The notes below the pieces were generated by a model. It saw nothing but the letters and a program-made list of their open reading frames with translations, had not been told where the DNA came from and ran no database searches. Both the position numbers and the translations under genes were made by a program. Below, piece by piece: positions 60,278 to 64,000 of a stretch of DNA of 64,000 bases. This stretch comes from Macrostomum lignano (taxonomy: Eukaryota), in contig NIVC01000294.1 in the NCBI GenBank assembly GCA_002269645.1, positions 62,001 through 126,000 on the forward strand, written 5' to 3'. How positions within the stretch are numbered: the stretch's first letter is position 1; the number at the start of each line of letters is the position of its first letter.

Positions 60278-61622
60278 AAGCTGCTGTTGTGCTGGGACGC
60301 GGTGCTAGCCGACCGTCAGTGCGGGCATTTGTCAGCGCAATGCTCGCAGTTGCACCTGTAGCACATTGCACTTTGCCGTCGCAACTGATAGGGCAGCGGT
60401 CTTGAACTTGATTGTTGCTGCTGTTGCTGCTGCTGCAGCTGCTGCTGCAGCTATTGCTGTCAACGTTGACCTCCTGCTGGCGGGTTCTCGGTGGCGGGTT
60501 GCTGCCGTCTTTTGGTTGCTGAAGTCGCTGGAACTGGTCGTGCGGCACAGTTCTTTTTGCTGGGCGTTGTAAATTTGGCACTTCCGTCGGCACTGCGGCG
60601 AGGTGTCGGATGTACTAGACATCTAGAGCGTTGGTCCTACGAGTCCCACGACTGGTGTCAAGGTTCCCATGGCTCCGGGGTGTCGTTGTTGCGCGATCCC
60701 CGCGAGTAGAACTCTCGCATCGGATTACTCAAAGTTTCAAGTAGGCGTCGCTGCTCTTGCTGTGTCTCAGCTTGTTCCATGACTTCTCGCAACCAGTTTT
60801 CCTTGGGCCGAGATGACTTGTCGTGTTGCACTACAGTGGGCATCTGATCATTGTCATCCTCAAGAACCCGGACGTGTCTCACTGCTGGCGGCAGTGCTAT
60901 ACGCTGAGCCATGCTAGCTGCTGTCTCCAGGCGTAGCACGGCCCGTCTCGCTGCGATCAGATTTGGGGGTTGCACCAGGATTAGCTGTTCTCGGGCCAAC
61001 TGAGCAATCCGCACTCCCACAGTGAACTGATCCACCAGTTCAACCTGCTTCTGAACTGGGGTAAAATGCGGGAACGCTCAATCGGCCAAAGCAATTAGTT
61101 GGTCGCCGTAGTTGTCCACACTCTCGTTCTTGCCTTGCTGGCAGCTTCGAAATTGCTCCCGGTACTCCAGCGTGTCGGCAACATGTGTAAAACGCTTAGA
61201 CAATTGTTGTTTGAACTCACCAAACGTTAGGTTGTCTGGCAGCTCCATCCTGACAACTGCAGGGTAGGCTGTGGCGATGTCCAGATTCACGAGGACCTCT
61301 GCCTTCTTTTGTCTGTCGTCATTGATCCCGTTGAGCTTGCATCGCTCTTTGAGAGCCTTGATCCAGATGTCAAATTTCTGGTTGGGCGTGTACCACTGGA
61401 TCTTGACTGGTTTTGGCGCTGGAGCTCGATCCTGCTGCTGGGCTGCTGGCACACATAGTGATGGTGTTGCAGCTGGCCCAGGCTAGTCTGCTCCAGTCTC
61501 CGGTGCACCTCATCGGTCACTGCACAAATCATCTTGTCATAGGTCGGTCTAGTAGTTGAGTTGTCGGGGCCTGCGGCGTCGGCTGTTGCATCTGCGGCCG
61601 TTGGATCATTAGTTGAAGCCAT
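60232..61622 (-). pseudogene. gag: Gypsy-2 gag, frameshifted
   Basis: MASTNDP start at 61622; IQWYTPNQKFDIWI...QGKNESVDNYGDQLIALA aligns with Gypsy-1 IQKYLPSQDIRIWL...QGRNESTDSFADALIELA. Confidence 0.85.
60271..60277 (-). promoter_or_regulatory. -1 frameshift heptamer G GGA AAC (Gypsy-2 gag/pol)
   Basis: The -1 frame from GGG(60277) is open through the protease into ORF 59123-59962; the 0 frame stops 14 codons later. Confidence 0.7.
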
Positions 61623-61667
61623 AGTGTAGCATTTGAACGACTCGTTGAAAGGGTTTTGGCGTTTCGT

Positions 61668-61688
61668 AATCCCACTTAGCTGACACCA
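61668..61688 (-). promoter_or_regulatory. Primer-binding site of Gypsy-2 (tRNA-Leu-type)
   Basis: Plus strand AATCCCACTT-AG-CTGACACCA resembles the tRNA-Leu(CAA) 3' end AATCCCACTTCTGACA-CCA as recalled; 1 nt from the LTR. Confidence 0.75.
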
Positions 61689-61689
61689 G

Positions 61690-62696
61690 TGAGGTGGGGG
61701 TGGAGAAGAATTGACAAAGTTGAAAGTTGGCCGGTTTTCGTGTAAACCCGGTAGCATTGCATTCGCACAAGTAAAGCCAGAAATTTTGCGCAGGCGAATC
61801 ACAACGTAATCTTCTCCTTTTACTCCAACAGCCGGGGTCCCCAAGTCCAGGGGAGGGTAGTCATACTCGTAGCAGAGTGGTTGTGTAGCGGCGCGGTCGT
61901 TCAAAGCGATGAAAACACTGGAAATGTAGGCACCGTAGTTAATGTGTCGTTTTGCTGAGCTTATTACTTCCAGTAGGGTAGAGCTGCCACCACTGTAATT
62001 TACGTATTACGGAATGGATCTTTTCTTTAGCTGAGGAAACTTGGTTATTTTATGCCCCACGGGCAAAAGATTCAAGATAGGCTACGGCTTAAAGTCACCT
62101 TAATGTATTAATAAATTGAATCGATATTATTTCTTTATTTGTTGGGATTTATTGAGCAGGATGAATAGATTATTATTATGAGGATGAGCTTCGGTGGGCC
62201 CGGTGCGACAATTAATTAAAATGAAATAAAACTAAAAGAGTAAGCAGAAGGAGTACCGAATTAAACTAACACGTCAAAATGGAGGGAAAAGTAGGTGGAG
62301 GAGGAGGAGGAGGAGGTGGAGGTGGAGGTTAAACCAAAACACAAACAGATGCACATTTTATAAGTAAACGTGACGTAAAGTTTGCCTGGACCAGATTAAG
62401 GAAAGCATACGCGTCTGGTCCAGCATGGCAGAGTAATGAAAATACATGCAATTAAATGTGGTATGCAAAAAGGAATGAAGGGATAGCAAGTTGGCATGGG
62501 GTGGAGATTAAAATATCCCATTGCGGGATGGGGTGCGTGACAAAATTTTCGGTAACTTGGCCCTACATGGGAAAACAAAAAAATGGCTTGCACTTATCGT
62601 AAAAGGAAAAGCACCAAATTTTGAAAGTTAATAAATGTCTATTAAATTGAATGAGTAAATAAATATTATTTAAACCAGGGGCAGCCACCTGCCACA
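61690..62696 (-). repeat. 5' LTR of Gypsy-2
   Basis: TGTGG...CTCA on the minus strand; followed by PBS and gag. Confidence 0.92.
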
Positions 62697-64000
62697 ATAA
62701 TATTATATCTTTTCTAAGAAATCAAATCTATGTAAGATGCTTAAAACTAGTTTGTTTAGATGCACCAAATATTTTGTTTTAATATGCTAAATAGTTTGTT
62801 TCAATACATGAAATAAATTTGTACAATAATTTTTGTTATAATTGTATTGGGGAAATGTGGGTATAAATAGTGTCAAATAAACCAACTGCCCACTGCATTA
62901 CTATCAGTCTATTCTGTGAGCAATCATTTGCAAGCAACTTAATAGCAGTTCAACCTATACAATCTTAGAGCTTTCAAGTTAAGAGTTATTCATTTGTCAA
63001 AGTTGACGAACAGTTTAAAAAAGTTTGCTTAGAGAGAGAATTGGGAAGAGATCCAGAGAGAAATACTAAGAGTTTTACTGTGACCCCTTTATCTTAGTAA
63101 TGCCTGAATTTGGAAAGTACAGATACTAGTACGATTGCTCAGGCCAAGATTATTAAAATGCTAGTGTTCCACTATAGCTGTAGCTACAGCTATAGGATCC
63201 TATGGCAAATATGGTAAAATAGGTGCTTACGGCAGCTACAGATATGCCTACAGTAGCTAGCTGCTCTTATGGCTATGACTATAAGAATATGGTAGTTGCT
63301 GTCACATTCTATAGATTCCTAGACATAGTTAGGACATAGCCATAGTTATTATTTTAAAAAATTGAAAAAAATACTAGAAACAGGTAGAGTAAAACAAATT
63401 TACTTTAGTAAACTATATTATCAACTTAGAAACTTATAGAATATACCTAATAAAGTACAACAAAATACTAGCAAACTCTAATTTTTATTAATGTGAAAAA
63501 GTTTAGCATTAGTACTTTTAGTAGCGATTAAGTATTGTTGCTCTATAAAAAAGAAAATATAATCTTACAAAGGCAATCAAATGTTTCTTTTATTTTCTAA
63601 CCTTATTTGCAGTTGTTTAAGCACTAGTTTATCTTCTTGATTTAAAAATTTCGGAGTCCCTGCGGCTACAGAATATGGAGATTTGGAATAACCCGTAGTT
63701 TTGCTTATGGCTACGGCTATGGTACATGGACCCTCCTTATGGCAGAACACTAAAAATGCTACCAGAGATGTACTAAAATTATGTGTTACAAAGAAATTTT
63801 AAGAAACAAGACTGACATATTAATACCCCTGTATCAACTTCAGTAGCTAATCAGTAGGATCAATTCAGAGGATAGACCTAACCACTAGCACAACTTTGGT
63901 GTTTGCAGCAAAATTCTTCTAGAAGCAGAAGCTTAACACCTACTACAACCTGATAGCATCAATGCGATTCATAAAATTGTTATCAAGAAGAGGAAAAGTG

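Larger units (their letters stand above)
52860..62696 (-). mobile_element. Full-length Ty3/Gypsy LTR retrotransposon 2 (9.84 kb), degenerate
   Basis: LTRs 52860-53895 and 61690-62696; TSD ATAA both sides; PBS; gag homologous to Gypsy-1 gag; PR-RT-(RH deleted)-IN; extra ORF. Confidence 0.93.

Noticed and set aside
63100-63730. Scattered GCTACAGCTAT/GGCTATGG motifs
   Set aside because: Highly degenerate; no clear period, TIR pair or TSD within the window.

Overview
Animal (invertebrate-like) nuclear DNA in the standard genetic code; no prokaryotic or CRISPR features. Very short introns, minisatellite-filled introns and polyQ tracts are reminiscent of free-living flatworms such as Macrostomum, but this is inference only. 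Main contents: (1) a 6-exon sestrin gene (+, 9802-23066, ~663 aa) whose introns hold several minisatellites and two tRNA-derived SINEs; (2) a 2-exon gene (-, 32069-30263, ~585 aa) for a secreted protein with signal peptide, PAN/apple domain, Thr-rich mucin stalk and an ALK/LTK-type glycine-rich domain, but no TM or kinase; (3) two disrupted ankyrin-repeat genes (-), one split by a 1.07-kb foldback transposon with an 8-bp TSD; (4) two full-length, related but diverged Ty3/Gypsy LTR retrotransposons (42941-52130 and 52860-62696, both -), each with a tRNA-Leu-type PBS, a GGGAAAC -1 frameshift site, a 4-bp TSD and an extra non-env ORF behind a 3' splice site; (5) relics of a Mutator-like transposon and an RTE-type LINE. 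Protein homologies were recognised from remembered motifs and hand alignment, not database searches; repeat-array and relic boundaries are approximate.
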